A stretch of 63,406 nucleotides of DNA, filler included, from Lenisia limosa (taxonomy: Eukaryota > Protista > Breviatea): the NCBI GenBank assembly GCA_001655205.1. It is 8 parts of 8 records of this genome, joined end to end, with 100 filler letters (N's around TTAATTAATTAA, not from the genome) between each part and the next. Parts side by side here need not be neighbours in the genome. Positions count along the whole stretch, not along the records: positions 11,897 to 20,089 come from LPNZ01006578.1; positions 20,190 to 27,897 come from LPNZ01011612.1; 6 more parts are not named here. One strand, 5' to 3'. Positions 12,152 to 22,853 of the stretch are shown one piece after another. Positions within the stretch are counted from its first letter, which is position 1, and each line of letters begins with the position of its first letter. The notes under the pieces are model-generated. The model was given only the letters and a program-made list of their open reading frames with translations, was not told the DNA's origin and searched no databases. The position numbers and the translations under genes were made by a program.

Positions 12152-15126
12152 CCTGGCGGCAGTAGAGGGCTGCCTTGAGGATAAACTCAGGGTCGTGCTC
12201 GCTGATGTCTTGGCACAAACTGGGGGGGGGGGGGGNNNNNNNNNNNNNNNNNNNNNNNNNNNNNNNNNNNNNNNNNNNNNNNNNNNNNNNNNNNNNNNNN
12301 NNNNNNNNNNNNNNNNNNNNNNNNNNNNNNNTTGATAGGCTGGTCGCTTCTGCAGCACCGCATCCCATCACTCCAGTACGTAAAATGAGAAAACTTTCAA
12401 GAATAATTCGGTGTGGGGAGGGGAAAACGAAAGAAATTTCGATGAAGAATATTGGTTTCAAGGTACTGAAATAATCGAATAATTTGAAGCTCCAAACAAA
12501 CAAAACAAAAACAGCGACACGTTCAACTGAAGAAACCATTCCAATTCAACCCCAGCCGCCCACTCGGAGATTTCAGTAGCTACCTCGTTGTTCTGAGCAA
12601 AGAAGTCGGGCTCGCGGAGAAGGGACCCACTCAGTACCATCAGCAGTTCTGAATAGTCAAATAACACCGTTTGAGCCGAAGCCATCAACACCTGCTTGAA
12701 ATATGAACCTCTCAACTAAGAGTGAAATATGCAATATGAAAACACAAAACTCTGGAAAATGAACAAAATACAATTCAATGAGAACAACACTGACAAGAGA
12801 GATACGAATAAATCAGAATTTTAGTGGAAAATATCACTCCCATCCTTTTTTCCATCCGCCAATGTACCCTTCTTAGCATCCGCCCATGTACCCTTCTTCA
12901 CATCATCGACATCCACTTGGTTCTCCAGGGTGGCTTCGAGAGCGATCAAGGTCTCCTCCTTCTGCAGGGGGTAAAATTGGAAAATTCATGAAAAAAAAAG
13001 TCCAAAATCAACTCTGTCAAAGCTCGTGAAAAAGAAAATTTCGATGAAGAATACTGGCGTCACACAAATCTTCATTTTTCCTTTCAAATTGCCAAGGCAT
13101 AAAATTCGATCCCCCCTCACAGGCATAGCGCGCTTACGGGACTTGTAGGCAACAGGTCTGTCGGGGATGGCTGGCTCCTCTGTTACTCTGGGTGCAGAGT
13201 CGTGCTTGTTTCCGTGCATAGCCATGGAGGAAAACTGTGATGACAATGCAGTGGCACTAGTTGATTTGCGTGTTGTGGGACGAGGCACAATCTGTGTAAA
13301 AAAATAAAACAACCAAAAAGAAAACGAAGATATTTACATCCCTTGATTTCATATAGCTACAAGCTCCCATAAAATGGACAATGGAAGGTCTAAATAAACA
13401 AGAAGTTTGCTCTACTTTTGGTTCCAAAGAAGACTAAATTCTCGACAAATCCTCCATATAATCGAAATTTTCCGCCGACCCACCTTAGGAATGGATGAGG
13501 TGGTAGTGAATGAAGGTTTCATGGAGAAACTTGGCTTCTCTCCTGCTGAAGAATGAGCAATAAACGAATACTTATTCGCTTTGTATTTCCCTTACAGAAA
13601 ATACCTTTCTTTATTAAAATTCAGGAGAACACCCCATGAAATATTTAATGGTATTCTTTTTTTGTTTATCAAAAATATTGTCACCAAGCATAAAATCTGA
13701 ATTATCTGAGGAGAATTTGCCTGAAGCATTATTTCTGATATCTGAGGTCACCTACCGGAAGAGAGCGTACTTGAGGGAACGGAGGTAACTGCTGGGGTAA
13801 CAGAGGCGTACGATGAAGTGAAAGAAGACTTGGGCACGGAATATGACGAGGTCTTGATACTGCGGAGTGAATAATCCTCGTATTTCAGCAAAATTAAAGG
13901 TTGTGAAGTTGAATCATGAAGTAGAGGGTTTCACTATCACACCTCCCCCTCCCCCGCCNNNNNNNNNNNNNNNNNNNNNNNNNNNNNNNNNNNNNNNNNN
14001 NNNNNNNNNNNNNNNNNNNNNNNNNNNNNNNNNNNNAAACCAATTCATGGCTCAAACACCCCCTGCGCGCACCTTGTAGAAGGAGGAGAAGTTGTTGAAG
14101 ATGAAGATGCGAAGCCGTAGGTTTTGGGCTTGCTGTATGTGGACGTAGAGGATTTGAGCTAAAATCGTGAGATAATTGTTATAAAAAAAAGGGCCACTTC
14201 TACTACACCACATGATAAACCAATCTTGCCCCCCCCCCTCCCATTTTGGATGTAATTACAAAAAAAAAACAAAGACGATAATAACTCGATACAGATATTG
14301 TGAGCAAATTGATACATGTCGATATTGTGAACAAATTGATACATGTCGATATTGTGAGTAAATTGAACGCGTAGGCATGGTAATTTGTTGACAGTATATC
14401 CCTATGTATTTATTTTTTCCCCTGGATTTCTAATGAGTAATAGTTCTTTTGTCTAAAAAATGTGAAATCCCCCGTTCGGACCTGGGAAGCCGAAGTGCTG
14501 GAGTACTGCGAAGTGAACGAGGAGCCGGCGGAGGCGAAAGAAGACTTTGCTACTTGGGAGGTGTAGGGCATGGTGGCGGGACGGAGGATGGTCTGAGCAG
14601 TCAGTGGAAAATGAATGAGTTTCCAGGTTTATGCAAACAACCAATCCAAAACACAAGCTTTCAATTACACCCATAGTAAAAGCCAAATATTTATTCATTG
14701 CACAAGTCGCACTACACATATATCCTCAAGTTGTATTTATTTAATATGAATATCATGACAATCACAGGGTTATTAGCATTTCGGCAAATTGTTGTTGCTC
14801 GTGATTGCTATAATATGAATAAATATATAGCATTGAGAAAAAATAAATAAGTTAGTACCTGGTCGAAGCCGTCCACACCATCACGCTCAGAGATGTTGGA
14901 TTATAGTATAATATTAATTCACCCAATCATTTGCCTTACAACTCTATGCACACAGCTTTCTGCATGCCTCCCCAGCAATATGAATATCATAGTAACTCAA
15001 AAACGCCCGGCGTCCCACCTGGGTGGCCGTCTTGCTGGCCCGGGCTTTCTTGATAGAAACGGTCTCGTCAGCCCATGCCGCCTTGGATGTCGTCACCGTG
15101 GCGGACTTGGTGAGGTTACGCCGCGC
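12152..15126 (-). CDS. TEP1: TROVE-domain protein of the TEP1/telomerase p80 type, with a long Ser/Thr-rich N-terminal region; 3' part lost at the scaffold end
   Basis: Exons at about 12715-12564 and 12219-12152 splice in frame to ...LSGSLLREPDFFAQNNEVATEISDLCQDISEHDPEFILKAALYCRQ, matching the TEP1 TROVE start (ELALLEPEFILKASLYARQ). Upstream exons (15126-15019, ~14600-14485, ~14160-14075, ~13860-13755, ~13555-13485, ~13290-13121, 12961-12895) are S/T-rich. Confidence 0.72.
14288..14368 (+). repeat. Intronic tandem repeat, about 27-bp unit x3
   Basis: GATACATGTCGATATTGTGA(G/A)CAAATT repeated head-to-tail. Confidence 0.85.
14859..14977 (+). mobile_element. Short interspersed repeat, possibly HINE/DINE-like; other copies at 20337-20444 (-), 53836-53926, 52545-52690, 51293-51340, 62461-62500 (-) and 11716-11760
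   Basis: Shared CTGGCCGAAGCCGTCCACACCATCACGC...CACCCAATCATTTGCCTT.CAACTC.GTGCACACAGCTTTCTGCGTGCCTCCCCAGCA. Several copies begin AAAAACAAGGTTGTA. Confidence 0.75.
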
Positions 15127-16339
15127 CTGGGGGGGGGGGAGGTGAAATTGGCAATTAATAAAACAAAACAAACGCCCAAAATCAACTCTGTTGGCAAGCA
15201 ACACACAAGGGTTTGGAACAACAAAACAAACAAATCCCACGCAAGTCGCTTCTACAGCACCGCATCCCATCACTCAGAAAATTGAAACTTCTAAGAAGAA
15301 TGTTGTTATTAATACATGAAGAATATTGGCGTGGGCGAAATCTTGATGAATTTTGGTATACGCGGGGGACAACAAGGGAAATGAACTGGCGAGTGTATCT
15401 TAAAACAATTTANNNNNNNNNNNNNNNNNNNNNNNNNNNNNNNNNNNNNNNNNNNNNNNNNNNNNNNNNNNNNNNATCACTCTAATATAAAGCGGACAAG
15501 CCTTGGAATGCAATCATAAGGAATTGAAAATTCCAACAAGGTAGCAGAAAAAATCGGCGACAAACCAGAAGGAAGAGTATGCATAAATGAAGCCTTTTAA
15601 GCTCCAATAAGATTGCAGATAAAGGTAAAACACTTCATTTGAAGGAGAGAATGCTATCAATAAAGAATGTCGATTAGTTATCACTCCTTGAATGGACCGA
15701 ATAAGCAGTAGTCGACGGAAAATGCCGTGTTTTATCCACAAACCTGATTCGTGACTTTAGCTGGGGAGGAAGAGAGAGGAACGGGGAAGGATTGCTGCGC
15801 CTAAAAATGAGGTGAGAAAACAATCACTGGAAACAAGGTGAAATACATTTTTAGCTTGAGTCGTCTTCTTTTTCTTGGGCTTAGCAGTCTGAATGAGTCA
15901 GGGCATTATCGGGGAAACACTATCTTACCACTGAACTTGTGGGGAACGCCACTGCCGAAAGCAGAGATCCAAATGCTTCCATTTTATCGGCAAGCACCAG
16001 GAAATAGAGACGTCCGTGGATTCAAAGAAAAAAATGAATCTACCCACTGTTGCTCCTTGACTTGTTATAACGTTAAATCACTAAATTGAATCCAAATCTT
16101 GTGATAAAACCTCGGAAAAAAGGAAAAAAAGGTTCACTTGTTCTTGGACTAGGGGCGACGGGCTTGGGGCAAAATGCAAAATTTCGCCTTTCTCGGCCCT
16201 TTCGCAGCCTTATAGCTTTAACGACAATGTTTATGTTAGATTGGATGTATAAGAGGCTATTTTTTGTGCTATGCTACATCACACTCTTCCTCCTGGTTAC
16301 GGAAGGAATTTGGGAGGCCTTGTCTTACTTTATCACCCT

Positions 16340-19300
16340 CCTGGCAGCCGATGACCCGACATCTTCTCTTACGCACCTACTCAGCCGATTCGTGTTCATT
16401 GGACTTACGATAGGCACGTATATGGTTGAAAAGGGCTTGATCACTCTTCCCCCAAAAGTCGAGGCAAAGAAGCCTCTTGGTGTTGCTGGTGAGGGGGAGG
16501 TCTTCAATGCTAATGAGCTTATTTTCCTTCTAAATATCCCCCGTTGGCCATAAGGGTCAGTTTTGAAGATCTCAATACGTCAGACTTTCATGTTGATTGT
16601 CTTGTCTGAACTCAATTTCAATGGACTGCAGAATGGGGAATACAAAGTATCCTATTTTGGAAAACTGGCTGGAATGATAAAAGCGCTGTACTGAACAAAC
16701 TTCTACACACCTTCACGGTTAGAAATGATTTTTAGATGTGTGGTGCAACAATTTTCATATTCATAATGATGTCCCTTCCCCATTGTTACTTTGAAGAAAT
16801 CATGCTTCACATAGACAATTCACTAACGAATTAACCTCGGTTTAACTCTTCAGAAATATTGCTGAGAAATTCTACCTTTATGCTTTCCAAGATGCATATT
16901 TCTCTCATATTGCCTTGTAGATATCTAAAAACGTTCAAACCGTTTTCTGACCTTTTAGTGTCAATGTGCGTTATGACCCTTCTGTGTCTGGTTGTCTTCT
17001 TCTCAGGGGAAAGGGGCATTACTTCAAGGTGGGTGGGGGGTCAATATGAGTATGTATGAAAGACCGATAAAATAACGATATTTATCGAGGATTTATAGAG
17101 AATTTCATTCTTTTTCGGCACCGTGAAGAACTGTTGAGGGGACTTTACATGAAGCCCCCCCCCCTGAATTGACTGACCCAGGCTTTTGTTGCTATTGTTG
17201 TTGTTTTCAAAATGTCTTCCTCATTTCCTAAAAATTATCCATTTTATATCAAATGGATTGTTGGGTGTTGTTTTGTTTTTCTTCGATTTGTATCTTCTAT
17301 ACAGGGTCCTTCCTGTAAACCAATCTATAAAAGGTTTCTTTTCTTATTTTAACCCGGTTCAGACTACCGGTCATTGGAATGATATTCAACATGGCAAAAG
17401 NNNNNNNNNNNNNNNNNNNNNNNNNNNNNNNNNNNNNNNNNNNNNNNNNNNNNNNNNNNNNNNNNNNNNNNNNNNNATTATTATTTTGCTTTTTTTTTAA
17501 ACAGTTGTTTTACTCCACAGTTCTGCATCTTGATTGGCTTCGGCTTTTTGGCGTACGGCAAAACAACAAACTACATCAGTAACTCTGACTCAATTATTCA
17601 CAACGTGGGGGGCGGGGGTACAATTATTCAATGTGTGTGTATGTGGGGGCGTCTACTCGCGCGGACTTGGTCCTAATATCAGGGATCCCAGTGATCTTTC
17701 ACTCAAACAAAAAAAAAAGGATTTTTTCGTAATAAATGTTACCTTATTGATTTCATTGGAATTGCCTCATTTCCTCACAACCCAGCTGCCAATTTAAACG
17801 GGCCCGGCATTAACAATATGTTGGCTGTTTAAGCGAGGACCGCAAGGTCGAATATATGCATGTTGTTTCGGGGTGTTCAAAGGTTCAAAGAGGTGTTACA
17901 AACAGTTATATAATTCATTATTATGTGTTATATTTATTTGCTTGGAAACGAGAATCATTGGACAAAAGAAACTATTATCTCATGGTTTTTGGTCTAAATT
18001 TTCCATTTTTCAATTACGGTTGTATTTTGGATTGATGATGATAGTTATTTCTAGCAATTAAACTTGTTCTTGGACAGCTAGCGGGTTCTCTTTCTCAACA
18101 AAAAAGAAGAAATACTACTACTTGAAGAGGGAATAAAATCGTTTGTAGTGAGGGTCACTTGAAACTATATATCGATATATCTACTATGTAAACAAGCTCG
18201 CAGTATTGAGTATTGAAAAGAGCCAAGAGAGGGTCCCCCCTTTCCCTTTGGTCTCAGGGAAACATGACTATTATACATTACACATCACAACTATTCAACA
18301 CAATAAATAAAGAACCTATTCTAATCCATACAGAGACGCATAACTACAAAGTGAAATATTGCAGCCCAAGTCATACAAAAAGGGGAGAGGGTGAAAGCCT
18401 TACAATTAGAATATGCACGTAGGGCTTCACTTCGGTCCGAAAAATGCAAGTAAAATATCGATAATTTTCGAGAAATTCAGTCTTTTTTCGAACCGAAGTG
18501 AAGTCCAAATGCACGTCTCCTATACCAACACTAGTCTTCACAATAAAACATGTAAACAGATCAGGGTGCATTTAAGCCCCCCCCCCCCCNNNNNNNNNNN
18601 NNNNNNNNNNNNNNNNNNNNNNNNNNNNNNNNNNNNNNNNNNNNNNNNNNNNNNNNNNNNNNNNNNNNNNNNNNNNNNNNNNNNNNNNNNNNNNNNNNNN
18701 NNNNNNNNTTCCACACCACCTTCATTTGTCGCTTGTGTCGCTGCATCACAAAACGCTGAAAGGTTACCCCATGCAGTATAATCTTGCAATCCAAAAACCA
18801 GACCCACCTGTATTGCCGGAATGTCAAACTTCTCAAACTCCTCAACCGGCACGGATTCCTCTGGTATCGGCGGCGGCGTGAAGGGAACTGGACTGAAATG
18901 GTGATCATCGATCGGAGTACAATGAACTGAATTGAGAAAAGATGTGGCAGTGAGTCTTGGCCAATTGTTCCGAAGGAAACTTGGATTCTGTCAGTCAATA
19001 CTGACCACTGTCATTGTGTATTGGAAGACGGGATATCTGAAGTGAACTGAATTGAACTGAAAAGAGATAATATGAGGTGTATTGAGACTGCAATTCCGAG
19101 ATTTTTCGATTTATCCAGACCGAAGTGAAATTCTTTGGAAGCCAACAAACCTGACGTGGGGATACGGTTGTTCAGGATAGCGCGGCGAGTTGGTTGAGAC
19201 ACCCGATGAAATTGTAGATGGAATGGACACACACGATTCGTTGGTCTGCATAAGTTGGACCGGCACGGATGTGCTCTTTCGAATATGCGGGTTGACGATG

Positions 19301-20030
19301 GGGGTTGGGGAGTTGACTGCGTTTTCCTGCGGGTCCAAGGGTGCTGTGGGTTGGGCTGGATTGGCGGAGGAGAGCTGGGGTGGTAAGTGAAAAAGACTAG
19401 GGGAGTGAAGGTGAATTAGAGTTTTTTTATCAATCTTTATCGAGGATTTATTAAAAAATTGAACATTATACTTAGGACCAGCGCGGTACTAACACAGCAA
19501 AAACACATGGTAAGTCTTGACCGACAGAATCCTATTTCCCTAAAAATCAGTCTAGACTTTTCAAGGTTAGTATACATATCATATGTGTTAAATTCCCTTC
19601 CCCTGTGTTGTCCAAAAACTCCAATGTACCAATAAAAGCTGGCTCGGACTTGGAGACGGATTGAGATTTGTGGGGGCAAGCTCTGGTGAACTTCGGGCTA
19701 AGTGTGTTATGTGTTGAATTGACAGAAAAATGTATCTCAGTAACAGTCGCCAATTTAAGTTTTTTGCTCCCAGAAAAAAATAAAAAAAGCCAACATTTGT
19801 TATCAAATAAGAGCAATTATGAGAAGCAAAAACAGAAGATATGCAAGAAAAAGAAGTTGAATAATATAAAGTAATATTTATAAGATAAACTGTCTTTGAA
19901 TATCTCATGTTCCTTAAGGGCTAAAGATGCACAAACCAATCAGAGAAGGGACAGGAAGCGGTGGAGATCTTGGATTGGCTGGACTGACTGGGGATTGTAT
20001 AGAGGACTTGGGTGGTGTGGAGGGGACCTA
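16340..20030 (-). CDS. Hypothetical multi-exon gene or genes: Pro/Ser-rich exons, an IQ-like motif, then possible DH-end/PH-like exons
   Basis: Exons encode VPSTPPKSSIQSPVSPANPRSPP, LSSANPAQPTAPLDPQENAVNSPTP..., PVPFTPPPIPEESVPVEEFEKFDIPAIQ-RFVMQRHKRQMK and later EFLSNISEELNR and ENKLISIEDLPLTSNTKRLLCLDFWGKSDQALFNHIRAYRK. Connectivity across the gaps is not resolved. Confidence 0.4.
18420..18507. mobile_element. hAT-type MITE
   Basis: TIRs TAGGGCTTCACTTCGGT / ACCGAAGTGAAGTCCA; flanks TATGCACG (18412-18419) and AATGCACG (18508-18515) form a 7/8 TSD. Confidence 0.8.
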
Positions 20031-20636
20031 ATGGTTTAAACAGGGCGCGTGATTACAAAAAAAAAGACCGAAACGTATCTGTTCGGTAANNNNNNNNNNN
20101 NNNNNNNNNNNNNNNNNNNNNNNNNNNNNNNNNTTAATTAATTAANNNNNNNNNNNNNNNNNNNNNNNNNNNNNNNNNNNNNNNNNNNNAGTTTAGGTTG
20201 CCTAGCATATATCATATCTGATATACTATTCTATATAGCAATATATAAGTTTTGACCCTTGACCCCATACCCCCGAATCCCATATAGCCGTCATGTATGT
20301 ACTGGTTAAAAACAACAAAAATATTTATGATATACTATGCTGGGGAGGCACGCAGAAAGCTGTGTGCACAGAGTTGCAAGGCAAATGATTGGGTGAATCG
20401 AATATCTCTGATAAGCGTGATAGTGTGGACGGCTTCGGCCAGATAATACATCTTTATTTGTATTTCTCATTGCACTTTACCAAAAATTCATATCCTACTA
20501 ATTGATGGCTTCCCCATATGAATCAACCAGAAGAGGATTTTTAATCAAATCTTGGATTTCAGCAAAATCAAAAGATAGTTTTGCTCTATAGGCTACTTGT
20601 ATTATATGCATATATCGATATATATATATTATATAG

Positions 20637-21545
20637 TTAAAACCGCGAACATGATCAAAACCGCGAACATGATTAAATCGCGAACATGATTAAAATCGCG
20701 AACAAAAAGGAGGCTTTTCTTTCAATTTTTGAGCCAATGCGCTCCTTATTTACGCCTCTTTCGCATTTTTTGCAAATTATCGCCCGAAACACTCCTTTAT
20801 ACAGGGTTTTATTCATAAGAATAGGCAGGGGTATCAACATCCATGCAAAATACCACCTTCATGGTACTTCAATTTTTCATGCGAAATACATTAAAAACAC
20901 TGATTATGGGATAAAGTGAAGACGTTCTTGCACCATCAGATTTGATTTTTTTCCACTCTTGAGTAACCTAGAGACATTTAAGTAGAGAATACGAGACAAA
21001 TTGGGCAAAAAATGAGCGTGAATTACCCATAAATGGGCGAAAATATGATTGAAGATGAAGCGAATTTGACTCTTACCTTTTGTGCCGTTGTTGACGCAGC
21101 ATATACTTTAATCAGACGTCTAATTCGTCCATTGGCTCCATTATAGAGACTGAACAAGAAATATTCTTGAAAAAACCGTCGTAAAAGTTGACTTAAAATA
21201 CCTCAAAATCACTACATTTTCTCCAAAAATGGACTTCAGATTCGAATTCTCCTTAAAAAATCGCGTTTCTATGGTGGGGCACTTTAATAGGCTCAAAATT
21301 TTCGCGTAAAGGAAACTGGGTGACCCCGGCCGGGTTCGATTCTGATCAAAAGATCTTTTTTTCGATTTTTTTATCTCCTCTTTTTTTTCCTTCTTTTTGC
21401 TCAAAATTTCTCTGTTTTGATGTTATTGGAGTCTAGTACTCAAAACTTCCGAATTTCACTAAAAAGGGTGTTATTGAAGCGATTTATGTCGATTATTGGA
21501 TTGTTCGTGGTTTTAATCATGTTCGCGGTTTTAAACACCAACCTA
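20637..21545. mobile_element. About 900-bp non-autonomous DNA element with subterminal inverted repeats (mariner-like end); partial second copy at 43483-43679
   Basis: The left end has four tandem AAAACCGCGAACATGAT units and the right end has their reverse complement followed by AAACACCAACCTA. 21330-21545 aligns with 43483-43679. Confidence 0.7.
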
Positions 21546-21682
21546 TAATATATCATATAGTATATTATATATATAGTATATATATAGCACACTTGATATT
21601 ATGTTAGTATATACATACATGTTTCGAATTCCAAGAATAGTAAATAATATTTAGGGCAACAGTCTGTTGGACCTTTTCAAAG

Positions 21683-22075
21683 GTTTTACCCCCCTGGTGT
21701 TCGTCATCATCTTCATTCAAGTTTGATGGGAATCTCAATACCTGACAATGGTTTTCTCTATCAAGGAATTTATCCCTCTAGGCAGTAGTTGGCATTACAA
21801 CTTCGGCCGTGATGAAACTGACGGATAATATTGTGAAACTCTATTGCGCGGCACTATCATTGGTAACAATCGCGATCCTTGCCACTATTGTGATACCCTC
21901 GTATGTCGGGAATAAACATTTTTTTCATTTCATATCCACGGTTGAATGGCCATTTTGTTCTTATTCCAAAGCAATTTACTCTCAACTTACCTCCTCTCAT
22001 GCCAGGTACCACATTACGGCTTTATACCTCATTGGAGCCTCTCTGATTCTTGTTGCCTGTCGTATTTACGTCTAA
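21683..22075 (+). CDS. Nucleotide-sugar transporter, SLC35A (CMP-sialic acid/UDP-galactose) family, last three exons
   Basis: Exons 21683-21720, 21782-21900 and 22006-22075 give GFTPLVFVIIFIQAVVGITTSAVMKLTDNIVKLYCAALSLVTIAILATIVIPSYHITALYLIGASLILVACRIYV*, matching the SLC35A C-terminal motif (VMKYADNILK). Confidence 0.82.
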
Positions 22076-22853
22076 GCCTTCTCATTCTTTGCTCTGATAT
22101 CATATATTTAAAATGGTTCACGTTTGTGTTTTCCCTCCTTGGAGTCACCTTGGAAGTGTATAATTGTTCAAAAAATAATAATAATAGATTCCACAGTGTT
22201 ATTGTTCAAAACGTTGTAAAAGTTATAGTGGGATAGATACTTCGGCCATCGTCTTCAAACGGTAAGTCGTTTGATGTCTGGGCCTTTGATAGGAATTCTG
22301 TCTGCCATGAGTTATGGTTTAGATATCAAGATATCAATAAGTATTATTCTCCGCATAACTGTGGCATTTCAGGCACTGAAACGCGTCTTAAAGCTTGATT
22401 GGATCATGGTCTTTATAAGGAGTAGTAGTCCAACTGTCACTCAACTATAATTGTAAAAATGTATGCTAAGAAGGATTAGTAAATTAGTAACCCATGAATA
22501 ACAAACAGACATACTTATAACCTGGTGTACCTGGGTTCCTGGGGACCCGGGGACTACTAGGGTGATAATTACACTCCTTACAGAGTCACGTTTCTTATCC
22601 ATAGATCCATTACCGATAATCCTTGATTTCTAAACTATGTGCATGTTCTTGTTGTGCTCTAAATGTAATAAAACGATAAAACGTGCTCCAGCGGCTCCAG
22701 TACAATTCATCCGAAGTTTCCATTTTTGGAAGAAAAGTAGATCTGGATATGTCCCAGAAAACGGACATCTTTCAACAGCTTAGTTGACAGTCTGATTCTA
22801 GTGAAGTTATCCCTGTAGTGAAGTTATCCTTTCCCTCTTATTTCGAGACAGCA

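Larger units (their letters stand above)
10690..15345. repeat. Intron-resident repeat family, four copies: 10690-10804 (+), 12220-12520 (-), 12962-13070 (-), 15127-15345 (-)
   Basis: All copies share core (CG)CCA(G/A)TATTCTTCAT; three continue CGAAATTT. GAGTGATGGGATGCGGTGCTG.AGAAGCGAC is shared by two copies, and ACAGAGTTGATTTTGG..CCAATTT.ACC..CCC..AG by two copies that end at the acceptor AG. Confidence 0.8.

Noticed and set aside
20637-20702. CRISPR-like short direct repeats (also 14288-14368)
   Set aside because: Units are contiguous with no unique spacers, in a eukaryotic context with no cas genes.
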